Assembly (NCBI RefSeq): GCF_964194155.1
Contig: NC_135890.1
Location: forward strand, 53,072,001-53,136,000
Direction of reading: 5' to 3'
DNA from: Cetorhinus maximus
Taxonomy: Eukaryota
DNA: 64,000 nucleotides
Shown here: piece by piece, positions 1 to 41,900 of the stretch
Layout: each line of letters starts with the position of its first letter
How positions within the stretch are numbered: the stretch's first letter is position 1
Program-made: the position numbers and the translations under genes
The notes under the pieces: generated by a model
The model's input: only the letters and a program-made list of their open reading frames with translations
Database searches by the model: none
Told to the model about the DNA's origin: nothing

Positions 1-111
1 TTTAATAACTATAACCTCTTATTCTTGCCATCATCCTAGTAAATCTTCAGTGTTCCCATTGCATGGTTCTACTACATAATTATAAAATTACTAAAGGATC
101 ATCACACTTAC

Positions 112-28517
<28,406 letters not shown>

Positions 28518-28533
<16 letters not shown>

Positions 28534-28586
28534 TCTTGAAACAGAGTAACAGCCACTCCTCAGAAATACTGGTACACCTTCAAAAC
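28518..28586 (-). CDS. RECQL: RECQL first coding exon (5'UTR 28534-28586 plus ATG GCT GAA GTT TCA G)
   Basis: Acceptor tttag at 28587-28591, strong Kozak AGAATGG, donor G|gtgagt. The 16-nt coding part MAEVS parallels human MASVS. Too short to appear in the ORF track. Confidence 0.88.
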
Positions 28587-29554
28587 CTAAACAAAAATGT
28601 AATCAAGTGAATTCCTATGTACAGCTTGGACAGTCCAGCACAACACTTTGTGTATGTTGGGGATGCTGTGGGGGGTGGAGGGAAAGGGGTTAACACACAG
28701 AGATAACTGAGCCAACACAATAGGCAAGTAGCCAACATGGAGCTGGCTACATAACCTCAATTTGGTAACTTTTAGGATTTTGTATTTAACAAGTAGGATA
28801 CAAGGATACATGCTCTAATTAAACATTTCAAACCGTCGTCACTATCTTCTGGCCTGAATGTGAATTTTAGCCATTGTTCAGACATAAAAGGTCAGTGTTT
28901 ACAACAGTTAACAGCTTTGCTGCAGAAGAAGCCAAGCTTCTCAAAGAATCCAGGCAACAGGAAAGCCATCCTGTTTAGGAATTTACAGCTCACAAAGTTT
29001 ACATTTGTTCGAGCTATAAAGTCAAAGTTGGATGGAGCATGTTCACAGCTCAAGATACTAAATTAATCATATCAACAGAGGAACTGCTAGCTAAAGAAAG
29101 GCCAAGGCCATTTTAACATCCTGGTAGTTGCTTGATGTAACAAAGGAATTATTGACTAAGAATAGCAATCAATCAAATAGTTCACAACAGATCCAGACAT
29201 GACATGCAAAAAACCCCACTGGTGGAGAGTTCTAGGCACCAGAGGTTCAGTCACCAGCTCCATTATGACTTTATTTTAAAATTTAAAAATGGCTCCTTAA
29301 ACTTCACAAATGCAATACTGTAGAAGACCTGGAGTAGTAGGTGAAGTCTGATAGCCCTCCCTTCTCCTGATTAAGGTTTTATTTTATTTCTGAATTCAGA
29401 TATATTCAAAAGATAGGTGAAATCAACCACAAACAAATCAGACAAAGAAAAAAGTTCATAATCATAATCTTGAATTTTGCAAGGAAAGTAATTAATGACT
29501 GGTACCAAATAATGTGTTTGTAACTCGACAAACAACTTCATGGGATGCATCAGT

Positions 29555-29835
29555 AAAGAATCATCGAAACTTACACAATATGGCAGAAAGCCATTCAACC
29601 CATTGTGTCCATGCCAAGCAGCCACTCAGTCTAATCTGACCTCACAGTTCTTGGTCCATAGCCCTGTAGGTTATAGCACTTCAAGTGCTTATCCAAGTAC
29701 TTTTCTTAAATTTTAATGAGTTTCTGCTTCTAACACCCTTTCAAGCAGCAAGTTCCAGATTTCCCACCGCCCTCTGGGTGAAAAATATTTCCCTCAAGTC
29801 CCTTTAATGCTCCTACCTCCTTACCTGAAATCTAG
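29555..29835 (-). mobile_element. CR1 LINE 3' end
   Basis: Reverse-complement homology to the CR1 3'UTR at 30500-30760. Confidence 0.75.
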
Positions 29836-30762
29836 AGCAGATGACACAAAGATTGGCCAAGTAGTGGATAGTGTGGAGGATAGCCATAATCTCCAAAATG
29901 ATATAGATGGGTTGATGGAGTGAGCGGTAAAGTGGCAGATGGATTTTAACATAGAGAAGTGTGAGGTCATACATTTAGGGAGGTCAAACAGTTACAGGGA
30001 TTACACAATAAATGGGAATATACTAAGAGGGGTAGATGAAGTGAGAGATCTTGGCGTACAAGTACACAGGTTCCTGAAGGCAGCAGTTCAAGTAGACAAG
30101 GTTGTAAAAAAGGCATATGGAATGTTCTCCTCCATTGGCAGAGGTATAGAATATAAAAGTAAGAATATAATGTTGGAATTGTATAAAACACTGGTGAGGC
30201 CACAACTGGAGTATTGTGTGCAGTTCTGGTCACATTACAGGAAGGACATAATAGCTCTGGAGAGAGAATGCAGAGGAGGTTTACAAGAATGTTGCCAGGG
30301 TTAGAAAAGGGTAGCTATGAGGAGAGATTGGATAGGGTGGCGTTATTCTCCTTAGAACAAAGAAGGCTGAGAGGTGACTTGATTGAGGTGTACAAAATTA
30401 TGAGGGGATTAGATAGAGTGGACAGGATAAAATTGTTTCCCTTCGTGGAGAATTATAGAACCAGGGGACATAGATTCAAGATAAGTCGCAGAAGGTGTAA
30501 GGGTGACATGAGGAAGAACTTTTTTTTAACGCAGAGGGTGGTGGGTGTCTGGAATTCGCTGCCCAAGTTGGTGGTAGAGGCAGAAACTCTAAACTCTTTT
30601 AAAAAGAACCTGGATCTGCACCTTAAGTGCTGTAAGCTGCAGGGCTATGGGCCAGGTGCAGGAAGGTGGGATTAGAAAGGGCACCTGGGTGTCCTCGGGC
30701 TGGCATGGACAAGATGGGCCGAATGGCCTCCTTCTGTGCTGTAACTTTTCTATGGTTCTATA
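29836..30762 (+). mobile_element. CR1 LINE RT C-terminal half plus 3'UTR
   Basis: ADDTK, WQMDFNIEKCEVIHLG, LYKTLVRPQLEYCVQFWS, RRLRGDLIEVYKI; ttctatggttctat tail. Confidence 0.9.
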
Positions 30763-31799
30763 GAGACCCTTCAATCAAGGGTAATATGGTTTTCCTGTCC
30801 ACTCTGTCTAGCAGGGAGACCGACTCATATTAAATAAAATAAGGGACACTTTGACCATGGGACTGGAGGGTGCTGATGACACTGAAGGGAGGGGATTGCT
30901 GGTGGCCGAGAGAGTGGGGGCTGTGTAATCGGGGGGCGGGGTGGGGTAGATAAGCATCAGCTGGGGTTAAAGTGGGTGATGCTAAAGTCAACACAAACTT
31001 ATGATCTTATTGAACAGCAGAGCAGGCTCAAAGGGCCAAATAGCCTATATCTAATTATGTTTAATAATTATAATTCATATGTTTGTATGTACATTTGTTA
31101 CCTTGTTGTGTCAAAACACTATCATCTCTCTACTGACCAACACTCACTTGCAGTCCCGCTTGAATCATTTAAACTCACCTTGGAGACTCCCAGGATCAGT
31201 CTCCAACGGGCTGTCCTAGAAATAAGGGACAAAGGTGTCCCTTCACAAGATAAAATACAGGACAGTTGGTCACTCCGCTATTTAGACATTTTATATTTGT
31301 AGGCACTTCAATTATGTTTCCTCTCTTCAATTATGTTCTCTACAAAAAGCACCCCCAATCCAATCTTTTCTCAAACTAAAATTATCCCATCCTGCTTCAT
31401 GGAGCTTCACTCTACCCTCAGATGGCCACTTCAATGGTATTCATCTCCTGTGCAGTACTGAGGGAGTGCTGCACTTCAGAGAGCCCGCTGTCTAACTAGG
31501 GCACCCCATCTGCCCTGACAGGCCAGTCCGCTGGGACCCTCAAACACTGGGTCTCAGGGCAGGTGGAGTAGAGGGTGAGGGCCCTGAGGAAAGTTCCCAT
31601 TTCATCCCCTCAGGAAGCTGCCTCCACAGCTCTGCAGCCAATCAGCATCAAGGCCACTCGCCATTGGCCAACTGGCAACCAATCACAGCCAGACTGGCTG
31701 GAAAATAAAAGCGGACTGGAAAGGTTGACTCTGTTTTTCTCTCCACAGATGGTGTCAGACTTGCTGCTCTGTTCCAACACTTTTTGTTTTTATTTCAGC

Positions 31800-32900
31800 C
31801 AAGCCAACATTTTCCATGACGTCACCTCCGGCGCTGTCCGTTTTTTATTCAAACTCCTGGATTATTTATAAACCCAGGGCGACTGATTTCGCCATCACCC
31901 AAACCGATTCATTCACCGACAGAAACGGGCAGCGCCCGAGCTGTCCTTTTGTCGTGGGTAAGAGTACATGCCGCTTCAAACCTGTAAATGATGCTCACAA
32001 CCGGAGATGAAAGAAACGGCGGCTCCCTTCTCGCGGCAACCCGACTTCCAGAGGCGGGGCTTTCTCCCGTCAATCACTCATTCATCCAATTAGAGCTGAG
32101 ATCCCCACCCACCAAACATTTGGCACACTGTTGGTCCAATCAGAGGTGCGGCCTTCCCCAACCTATGACATGGTCCCGCGTGCTTCTCCAATCAGAAGCA
32201 GGGTCACCACCCATCTCACCAATCCCTTGTCTCTGCACTCCACCAATCAGAGGAGAGGACGACGCCCACACATAAGCACGGCGCACGCCGCTGCTCCAAT
32301 CAAAGGCGAGATCCCCACCCACCCCACCAATCCTGTGGCTCGGCGCTTCTCCAATCAAGTAGGGCCTTACACCTATCAGGACGGCGCATTCCACCAATCA
32401 GATCAATCACCACTGAAGCTCAGCACCAAGTGCTCCTCCATCAGAGGCGGTGCCTCCTCCTGTCAATCACTTGGCTCATCCGCTGTTCGGAGAGAAGGGA
32501 GGCGGTGGTGGGCCTGATCACAACCTGATGTCAGCCCCGCCCCCGGAAGCGATCGCTCGGTTACTAGGGGGAGGTGTGCTACTTCCGGAAGACGTGGCGG
32601 CTGATGTGTATTTGCAGAAGCCGATGAGAATCAGCGGCCGGCGATATGATTTCCCTGACGGACTCGCAGAGTGAGTGAGAGCCCGCGCCTTAGGGAGTTG
32701 CCTGTAGCTGCCGTGTGACTGGGGGAGGAATGGGATTGAGACGCCGGCCTGGGTCCTATATAGGTACCTGGGCCATGGCTGCGGCCCGGCCCGGCTCTAG
32801 GAATAGCTGCGGGCACCATGCGCCCAATCAGCAACCGAGCTGCCCGGCCTTTGAAGGCCCAAATAAAGGCTGAAGGCCTCACGGGTGTGAGCACAGACCC
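31800..32900. promoter_or_regulatory. CpG-island bidirectional promoter shared by RECQL and GOLT1B
   Basis: Sharp CpG enrichment. Perfect CRE TGACGTCA 31817-31824, GC boxes at 32051 and 32534, nine CCAAT boxes 32086-32398, palindromic ETS site CTTCCGGAAG 32582-32591, no evident TATA box. Confidence 0.88.
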
Positions 32901-35900
32901 GTGGTAGCGTGGAGAGACAATGACTAATAAGCTTGCCTTTTGTATAGTTCAGGGCTTGCCCATTGACTACTTTTCCAAGGGTGGTCATTAATGTAGGAAA
33001 TTCGTGTACATAGTAACTTGCCTGGATGGGTGCAGCTCTTAACACCATTCGAGAAGCTTGACAGCATCCAGGACAAAGCAGCTTCTAACTGGCGCCCCCA
33101 TCTACCACCTCAAGCACTCACTTCCTGCCAGACCACCATGGTTGCAGTGTGTACCATATGCAAGATGAACTGCAGTAACTCACCAAGACTCCTTTGACAG
33201 CACCTGGGAAGAGATGGGCAGCAGGCACAATGAGTTGCACACTGCAGAATACCCAGCCTTGACCTCTTTGTAGCCATTATATTTATGTGACAGGTCCAGT
33301 TTAGCTTCTGGTCAGTGGTGATCCCAGGATGTTGAAGGTGGAGGATTCAACTTTGGTAATGTCATTGAATGTCAGTGGAAGGTAGTTAGACTCTCTTGCC
33401 AGAGATGGACACTGGAACTTGTGTGGTATAAATGTTCCTTGCCACTTAGCCAAGCTTTAATGTTGTCCATGCCTTGCTGTGCTTGGGCATGGACTGCTGA
33501 TTGAATACCAGCTAAGAGAGCCACATAAAACACTATAACCCTGCATTTTCATCTGAGGCAGAGGGTTGTGAGTTTGTATCCCACTCCAGAAACTTGAGCA
33601 GAAGATCTAAACTGACTGTCCGATGCAGTAATGAGGGAACGCTGTACATTTGGAAATGCCTGCCAGATGAAAAGTTTGACTGAAGACCTATCTGCCTGGT
33701 ACTATTTCAGTGCAGGGGAGTCTTCCCCAGTGTCCTGGCCAGTATGTAACTCAATCAACATCACTAACAGATAACCATTGCTGTTTGTGGGAGGGTGGGG
33801 GGGTAGGAAGGGTTGCTTTGCGTAAACTTGCAGCCATGTTGCCTACATTGCAACAGTAACAACAGTGTGAAAGTATTTCATTGACTGCCCTGTTAGGATA
33901 TCCCTTGTTCATGTAAGGTATTCTTTAAATGCAAGGTTTTTTTCTGTCTTTTTTAAAGCACAAGATGTGAAAAATATAGCATATCCTATTTAGGAAATTT
34001 AGTTACGTAATATGCATTTAAAAACTTGACATTGAGCAGCTTTGTGTGATCAGATTATTCTCCCACACCAATAACAAGAGGTTTATGCAGTTAAACAGAC
34101 ACTAAATTTGTTATCATTGGTGTTAATTTATTTGAATTCAGTTGTGCATCAACTATATTTTAAATAAGTGTTCTCTTAGAGTTCAAGTGACAGCAGGGAG
34201 TGCAGATAGAGTAATGAATCTGATTGTGATATACTTTTATTTTCTTCCCTTGCAGAAATTGGAATGGGATTAACAGGCTTTGGTGTGTTTTTCCTGTTCT
34301 TTGGCATGGTTCTGTTCTTTGACAAGGCACTCCTTGCGATAGGAAATGTAAGTTTGAATTATTGAACTTGTGAGTCTAAACTAATCATTTTGATATGTAG
34401 ATGTATTGTGCTATACTGATCATAAGCTTTTTAGAAAAAAGGGGAGCCAAATTGTACTCTTTAGTGCTTCAGTCTGTTGCCTGTTCTTTTGAAAAGAATC
34501 CCTGTTCTTGTATAATGTCTAGCAAGTGGCAGAAAAACAATGCGATCAGTTTAATCCCTGGTTTTATAAATAAGGCATTAGGGTAGAATATATGGAGTTG
34601 AATGAATGAGTATACGAATCCAATGGAAAGGGTTCTTGCGCACTGCAATATAATTGTCATCAGGCAGATTTAGGATATTGATAATTAAGCCAAGACCTTC
34701 ATTGTTGAGATAATATGCTTCTTTTGTGATGCTCTTGAATGATCACCTCCTAATTCCCCCCGTTGCATCAGTAGTTCACAGACTTTGGTGCATGATTCCT
34801 GTTCTTTTGCCTCAAAATGCTTTTTACAGGCACAACCCAAGATGGAAGGATAAAATGTAATTGCAACTGCTGGATTTTTTTTCGCAATGGACATGATACA
34901 AAAAGTTGAAGTAGCCGCTAACATTGAAATCCTGGTGACAACACCTTAACTGAAAAAGTTTTGAAAACTTTTTCAGCTAAACTTTATGAAATCCAGATGT
35001 GTAGAAAAAACAGTTAAACAGTATAGGACTTCTGATAGTTTATGCCTAGATATTCATCCTTCAAAGTACATTGGATACCTGTAACACAAGAAGGAATTTG
35101 TGCCAACAAATGATTTGTCTGCCTTTAGAATTTGTAAAATAATCTGACTGCTAAGAAACCATCCAAAGCTCGTTTATTTAATTTGCAGAACACTTGGCTA
35201 ATATTCTATTTCATAATACAAAGCTGGTCCTGATGAGAGGAACATAGGACTTGGCCTACTCCTGGTCCTTCAAGCCTGCTCAGCCATTCAGTAAGATCAT
35301 GACTGATCTAGTTGTGGGCTCAACTCTACTTTCATGTCTGCCCCCATAACTCGACTCCCTTGTCTATCAAAAATCTGTCTAACTCTGCCTTTGATAAATT
35401 TAATGACCCAGCCTCCACTGCTTCCTGGGAAGAGAATTCCACATACTAGTGACCCTCTGAGAAAAAAATTATCTTCATCTCCATCTTAAATGGTAGACCT
35501 CTTATCCTTAAACTGTGTCCCCTAGTTCTAGTCTCCCCCACAAAAGGAAACATCCTCCTGGTATCAACCTTATCAAGTCCCCTCAGGATCTTGTATGTTT
35601 CAATAAGATCACCTCTTATTCTTCTAAACTCCAATGGGTACAGGACCAACCTGTTCAACATTTCTTCATAAGATAAGTCCCTCATCCCAGGAATGAGATG
35701 AGTGACCCTTCTCTGAACTGCCAATGCAATTATATCTTTTTTCAAATAAAAGATCACAACTTACACAGTATTCCTGATGTGGTCTCACCAAGGCCCTAAT
35801 CATACAACTGCAGTAAAACTTCCCTACTTATATATTCCATTCCCCCTGCAATAAATGCCAACATTCCATTTGCCTTCCTAATCACTTGCTGTATCTAGCA

Positions 35901-38900
35901 TACTAACTTTTTGTGGTTCATGTACCAGGGCACCCAGATCCCTCTGTACCACCGTGTTCTGCAATCTCTCTCCATGTGAATAGTATCCTGCTTTTCTATT
36001 CTTCCTGCCAAAGTGGACAAGTTCACAATTTATCCATGTTATACTCCATCTGCCAAACTTTTGTCCACTCATTTAATGTGTCTATACGCCTTTACCTCCT
36101 CTTGACAACTTACTTTCCTACCTATCTTGGTGTCATCGGCAAATGTAGCAAATATTTGGTCCCTTCATCCAAGTCATTGATGTAGGTAATAAATAGCTGA
36201 GGCTGCAGAACTGATTCCTGTGATTATGTACTCTTCAGAATGATAAAGTACAGTTGTTGAAGACTAGATGTTGGAGGAATTCGGAGTTAGAATTTAAAAC
36301 ATGGGTTTCTAAACTGAGTGTAAGGCCTCATACATCAATGCTTTTCAGCTATTTCAGGTCAGTCGTTCTAACAATCCCACTCTTTCCTTTCCAGATTTTA
36401 TTTGTGGCAGGCTTGTCCTTTGTAATCGGTTTAGAAAGGACTTTCAGGTTCTTCTTTCAGAAGCACAAAATGAAAGCCACGGGCTTCTTTCTGGGTGGCA
36501 TTTTTGTGGTACTGATTGGCTGGCCTGTAATAGGCATGGTTCTTGAAATTTATGGATTCTTTCTTTTATTCAGGTAAGAAACATTAGAAGTCATACTGAG
36601 TGATTCATTAACCATGCCACTGCCCATAAAACCAAGTGTGCTCATGTTATGGATAGTTGATTTCTTTTGGGTAGTATAATTTTAAGAAAAAATATAACCT
36701 CTATTCTAATTGGACAAACAATTAAGAGGTTGGAATTCATTATTTGAAGTCATGTGGATTTCAGAATTCGTAGTTATATTTATAAAATATATCGCTAAGC
36801 CAGAACTTCAGTGTTAACAGCCCCTTTGTTTCATTGCTTGACTGAAGCTATTGTCTTGTCTTAGTATCTTTAAAACAATTAATGTGCATTTTCTTTGGTT
36901 TTTTTTTATACCCAAAGTTTCATTTTCTAAAAGCCTATTTCTTTCCTTTTATCTTTGCTAGGGGTTTCTTCCCGGTGGTGGTTGGCTTTATTAGACGAGT
37001 GCCTATATTAGGCTCTATTCTGAATTTACCTGGAATAAGCTCAGTAAGTATTTATATTATTCAGTGCATGTTAAATTATAATCATATCATTTAGAAACAT
37101 TTAAAGAAGATTTTTAAAAATTCTGAATTCTTAGTGGTGCATTTAACAGATTTCGGTTCCTAAGTCTACAGTCAATACCTGGGAGTGAATTATAGGGCCT
37201 GTTATTTAGTCAAACCATTTTAAGTGTTCTACTAATTGAAAAGGAAGAGCTCAAAGTGAGCATAAACTGCAGAACTCATTGAATGCAGCATTAACCTTGC
37301 TTTCAAATATGTATTGCATTTTGTAAGTTGTATGAAGTGGACATGGGGGTCAGAAAAACATTAGCTGGCCCGTTGAGTTTATCCCATACAGTCATGGTGC
37401 AGTTGAGCATCATGACCCCTAATCTTCCCCCCTCCCTCATCCATCAGCAAACATGTAATCTTTACAAGAGACATAAATCTATTGGCCCCCCCATCTGTAC
37501 TTTTTGGGCGGCATCTATATCACCCTCCATATAAGAGAGGATGAAAACTAGACCAAAAAATCTCATTCTAGATTGTGTAAATAAGATATTATACAAGAAC
37601 AACATAATTGCTGTTTATTGTTTTTTTTATTGGATCAACCTAACAATATATCTGAATATTTTACTTTTAATGCTTGAGTAATGGCATACAACAATGCACC
37701 TTCCCAAAGATATCCCAAGTAAAATCAATGCATTTGATATGCAAGATGGAAGTCCTACAAAAGTCTTAAAACAAAATAGATCCATTTGGTCCAGTGCTGA
37801 AAGACTAAGAAAGAGATTTATGAAGTACAGATGATCATTGAGGGGTGAATGGACAACGCAGAGGCACCAGTAGACTGAAAATAGGGTAATACAAGAACAT
37901 ATTCCAAATTAGTGACAAAACAGACACGGACAACTACAGATCCAATAATTTTACTTCCATTTCATATAAACAGAAGTCATTATCAGGAATAAAATCTACA
38001 CAAACAGTTGATACAGATACAGAAGGGCAAGATCCTGCTTCACTAGCTTCCTTGTATTTAAAGGAGAAGCAACTCCAGTGAACTGTTGTAAACCCTATAC
38101 CTACTGTACTTCGATTTCCAAAGGAATTTTGATAAATTTCAATGTGCAAGGCTATTAGCTCAGTTCTCCAGGGGTTAATGGTGAGCCCAGGGAATGGATT
38201 AGGAAATGAAAAGTACTCATTATGGGAGTTAGGTCACAGTAAGGATTGAATTGTGCGGGATGGCTCAGGACAGGTACTGTCATTCTCCCAGATTTACATA
38301 ATGACCTAGATTCAGAAACTGCATGCAAAGTGATCAAGTTTGCAGATGATACCAAAATTAGAGCAATGGAGTTGGAAGAGGCAAGTCAGAAATTGCAGAA
38401 TGAGCTTGGCAAAATGTATAAGCAGAACAGTTGCAGTTAGAATTTAATCCCAACAGGTGCAAAGTATGACCAATAGAAATGAAAAGTAAATGACATGAAC
38501 AGTGTTTAAATAGCTACTGATGGAGACCTAGGTACATTTAGGTTTGACATTGTGTAACCAACGGAGAACATCAATCAACAAAGCTTGTAGTCGCAAAATC
38601 AGAGGGGGTAGGGATCTAACAAGGTTAGACCATAGCTTGAACGTGCATCCAACTCTGGTTGCTAAGAAACAAAAGATATTCGGGCATTGGAGGCAGTGTA
38701 GAAAAGAACCATGAGGGTGATTGTTTGTCAGGGGTCCTAGTTATGAGCAAAGTCTGGAGAAAAATAGAATTTTCAGCTTTTAAAATCAGCTAATAGATGC
38801 TTCTTTTTGAGACTTGTATAAGATTAAGGGCTTTAGAAAAAGTTGACATGAATCGCTGCTTCAAGTTAAACTGTAGGTGTAGAAAAAGGGGACATGTTCA

Positions 38901-41900
38901 AACCAATAAAAAGAAACTTTAGGACTGATACCAAGAAATTCTTCAAACACAGTATTCAATGTGTGGATTAGACTTCTAAATGGACTAGTGGTAGATGCCA
39001 GACCCTTTGCAATTGTTTAAGAAACAATTTCATCCATCACGAGAGATCCATATGTCTGTCATGCTCCCTGTGGTCAAGTAATCTGCTGACAGTTGCTGTT
39101 TATCTCAGACAGGAGACATGGGTGAGTTACTGAGATGTCCATCCATAAAACTGTTCTAAACATGAGTTACTGTCTTTAGGGTATGTGTTTTTTTCACTTT
39201 TACATATTGTACTTATCCATTGAATCTTTTACACTAACCATGGCATTACAAGCATTGATAATTCTCAGGTAAAATTGGGTAAAAGTGGGAATAGATACTT
39301 TATTTATATTTTGAGTTGCTTAAAATGAGAATTTATCTAGCATTTAGTTTTTGTTCCCAGTTTCACTTGCTCTTCAAGCTACTTGGTAGTGCTGGTAGGA
39401 GATAGAGTTACATCATTGAGGAAGCTGTTGTGACCTTTTAAAAGAAATTGTCTTCCATAGGTGGTACATAAACTGAACTTCCTGGTGTAGATTGAGTCCA
39501 CAACCGTGATCCTAATGGAGGCTTCCCAGCTGTCATCTATTTATCAGGAATATAAGTATGTGACTTCACTGCAGAATTGCTGGCAGAGCCATTTTAATCT
39601 CTGGTGTTCAGCTGTTGGTGGATTTGGTATTTCTACAATGGAAACTTTTAGACTGTTTTCTGTATTAGTGCTAGAGGAGGCAGGCAGCACACTTAAACCC
39701 CAAAGTATTTTGTTGACACAGATTATCTTTGTGTATCAAGTTTTTGTTTTGGGTGATGCCATTGTGTAACCTATGGGATAATCTGTCATATTATGTAGTT
39801 TAAAGAATTCCATAGGGTTTAGATAATCTGGTGATCTGGCAGTCAGTTGGGTTTGATGCAATAAGTGACTGTTTTTGCAGCGTTTATTTTGATGTAAAGA
39901 TTGAGCATCCTTGAAAGCATCCATAATCTAAATGGCTGGCCTTTCATTATTTTGGGCATGGGATTGAATAATTTATGGCTACAAATCATTATTGAAGGGA
40001 TCCTTGTCACGTTTTCAGCAGGCGATTAAAAAGTATATGAATCTTATGTTTTTCCACCTTCATTAGTTTGTTTGAGCCATATCTGTAAAGATTAGGAACA
40101 TGAATCACTTATTTGTCCTTTCAAGTGAGGAATCATGCATACGCTTGGAATATCTGAATGGATGAGAAATAAAGTGCAAAAATACCCAAAAACCTGGAAT
40201 ATTTCTTATGCAGTTCAGTATTAACTATTGCTTGGATGATATGTTAAGGAAAAGACATATTAACTAAAATACAACTTCATTTTATTCTCTTTAAAGTGTA
40301 GTGGGCCCTCCCCGACTAATAGGAGTACCAGTAGACCCTAATTCGAGCATAGGCCTTGTTTGCTTCTACAACTGTATTGAACATATCTGATATGTAAAGG
40401 CAGAAAAGTGGGCAGATTCACACAAGAACAGAGACTGCCTGGACAGTGCCTGCACAATGAGGAATTATTGAAAAAGCAAATTTAAAACGTGCCAATTACT
40501 CCAAATCAGCAACAGGGATGGGACAGGGGGATGAATTTCAATGAATATCGAAGATGAACTTCAGTTGAAGAATGAGGAAGACATGCATAAGCTAGGTAAT
40601 AATCATTCATTTATGTTCAATATGCTTTAGGATTGAAGTGCAAAAAAACAGGCAAGCGACTTACTTGACCTGATGATAAACTATGAAATTTAAAAACACT
40701 GAACAGCTCGCCATAAAAGGAATTATGCTCTCTTTAAAGGATTTTCTTTAATATTCAGCAATAGAGATAGCAAATTAATAATTTGGTAAATCAAGAAGAC
40801 CACAAACTGCTGACTGTTCTTACTAGGGTTCAGAGAACCCAGTTTGAAAATCTTTGCTCTGCACCATCTAGTACCCAGGAGCAGATTAAAGTACATTTCT
40901 AGTGACTTAGAGCCCCACAATAAACCAGTTTCCGGTGGTTTTTGAGTTAAAGTTCATAATGTAGAAGGCTAGTTGATGGGGAAAATGGCAATTGCATACT
41001 GGTGTAATCAGTGGAGTGAGAGCACACTTTATTAGGACTGAGTAGAGGGTGCTTTTGGCCTGCACCTTCCCTTGCCATCCTTGACACAAGATACAAAAAA
41101 ATCTTAAGTTTTTCTACTGCTGGAGACTGCTACTTTCCCCTAACTGAAGAAAAGTAATTGCATTTATTAATTACATTTAAGCAGATTTTCTATGTTTATC
41201 CCACAACAAATATTCCATTGTTTAGTAACTGAATAAACCTTGTAATTTCTTGCTTGTGGGATTTCCATCTAGATTTTCCATCCCATCTTATTTTCAGCCT
41301 TTTTGAACATGTAACTAAAGCATCCTGAAGCTATACCTCAGATGGGGTGTCTTAAGTTTTTTGCTTGCTTCTGTGTAAAATTCAATTATAGCTTGCAGAA
41401 GGGACAGGGAGAGAAAGTATTTAGTGGAAATATTTTTTTTTAAATCTGCAAATGCTGAAAATTTAAAGCAAAAACAAAATTCCATAAATGCCCAGCAAGT
41501 CTGTCAGCTTCTGCAACAAGAAAGTACAGGTCAATGTTTCAGGTGTGTACCCTCCCATCAACTCTGAAGGGTACCCATCCAAAAGGTAAGCTGTCTTTTC
41601 TCTTCATGGAGGCTGTTACAGTTTGTGTGTTCCCAGCAAAATCTGTGTTTTAGCAACAGCTGTCACATCTCAGGTCATCTGCTAACTATAGTCGACTTGC
41701 TGTGGAAGGTCAGCCATTTAAAGGCAGAACTGGTGTCTATCCTATTTGTGAAAACTTCTACTTGGATGCAAAAGATGCCTTGATATTGTAGTATTATGCA
41801 TCACTTGGTACAGTTGAAAGCTCTATTGCCTTTGATTCAGAGGTTGTGGGTTTAAGACCCACTGCAGGACTTGAATACATAACCTATTCTGATAGTCCAG

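Noticed and set aside
30916-30977. G-rich tract with G-quadruplex potential
   Set aside because: Low-complexity G runs are common here (also 26698, 33789); nothing in the sequence supports function.
32069-32470. CRISPR-like or ERSE (CCAAT-N9-CCACG) interpretation of the periodic array
   Set aside because: Eukaryotic promoter context, repeats are not identical, no cas genes; no CCAAT is followed by CCACG at 9-nt spacing.
31988-33048. Cluster of 70-128 aa ORFs in the promoter
   Set aside because: Expected by-product of GC-rich CpG-island sequence; no recognisable protein motifs.
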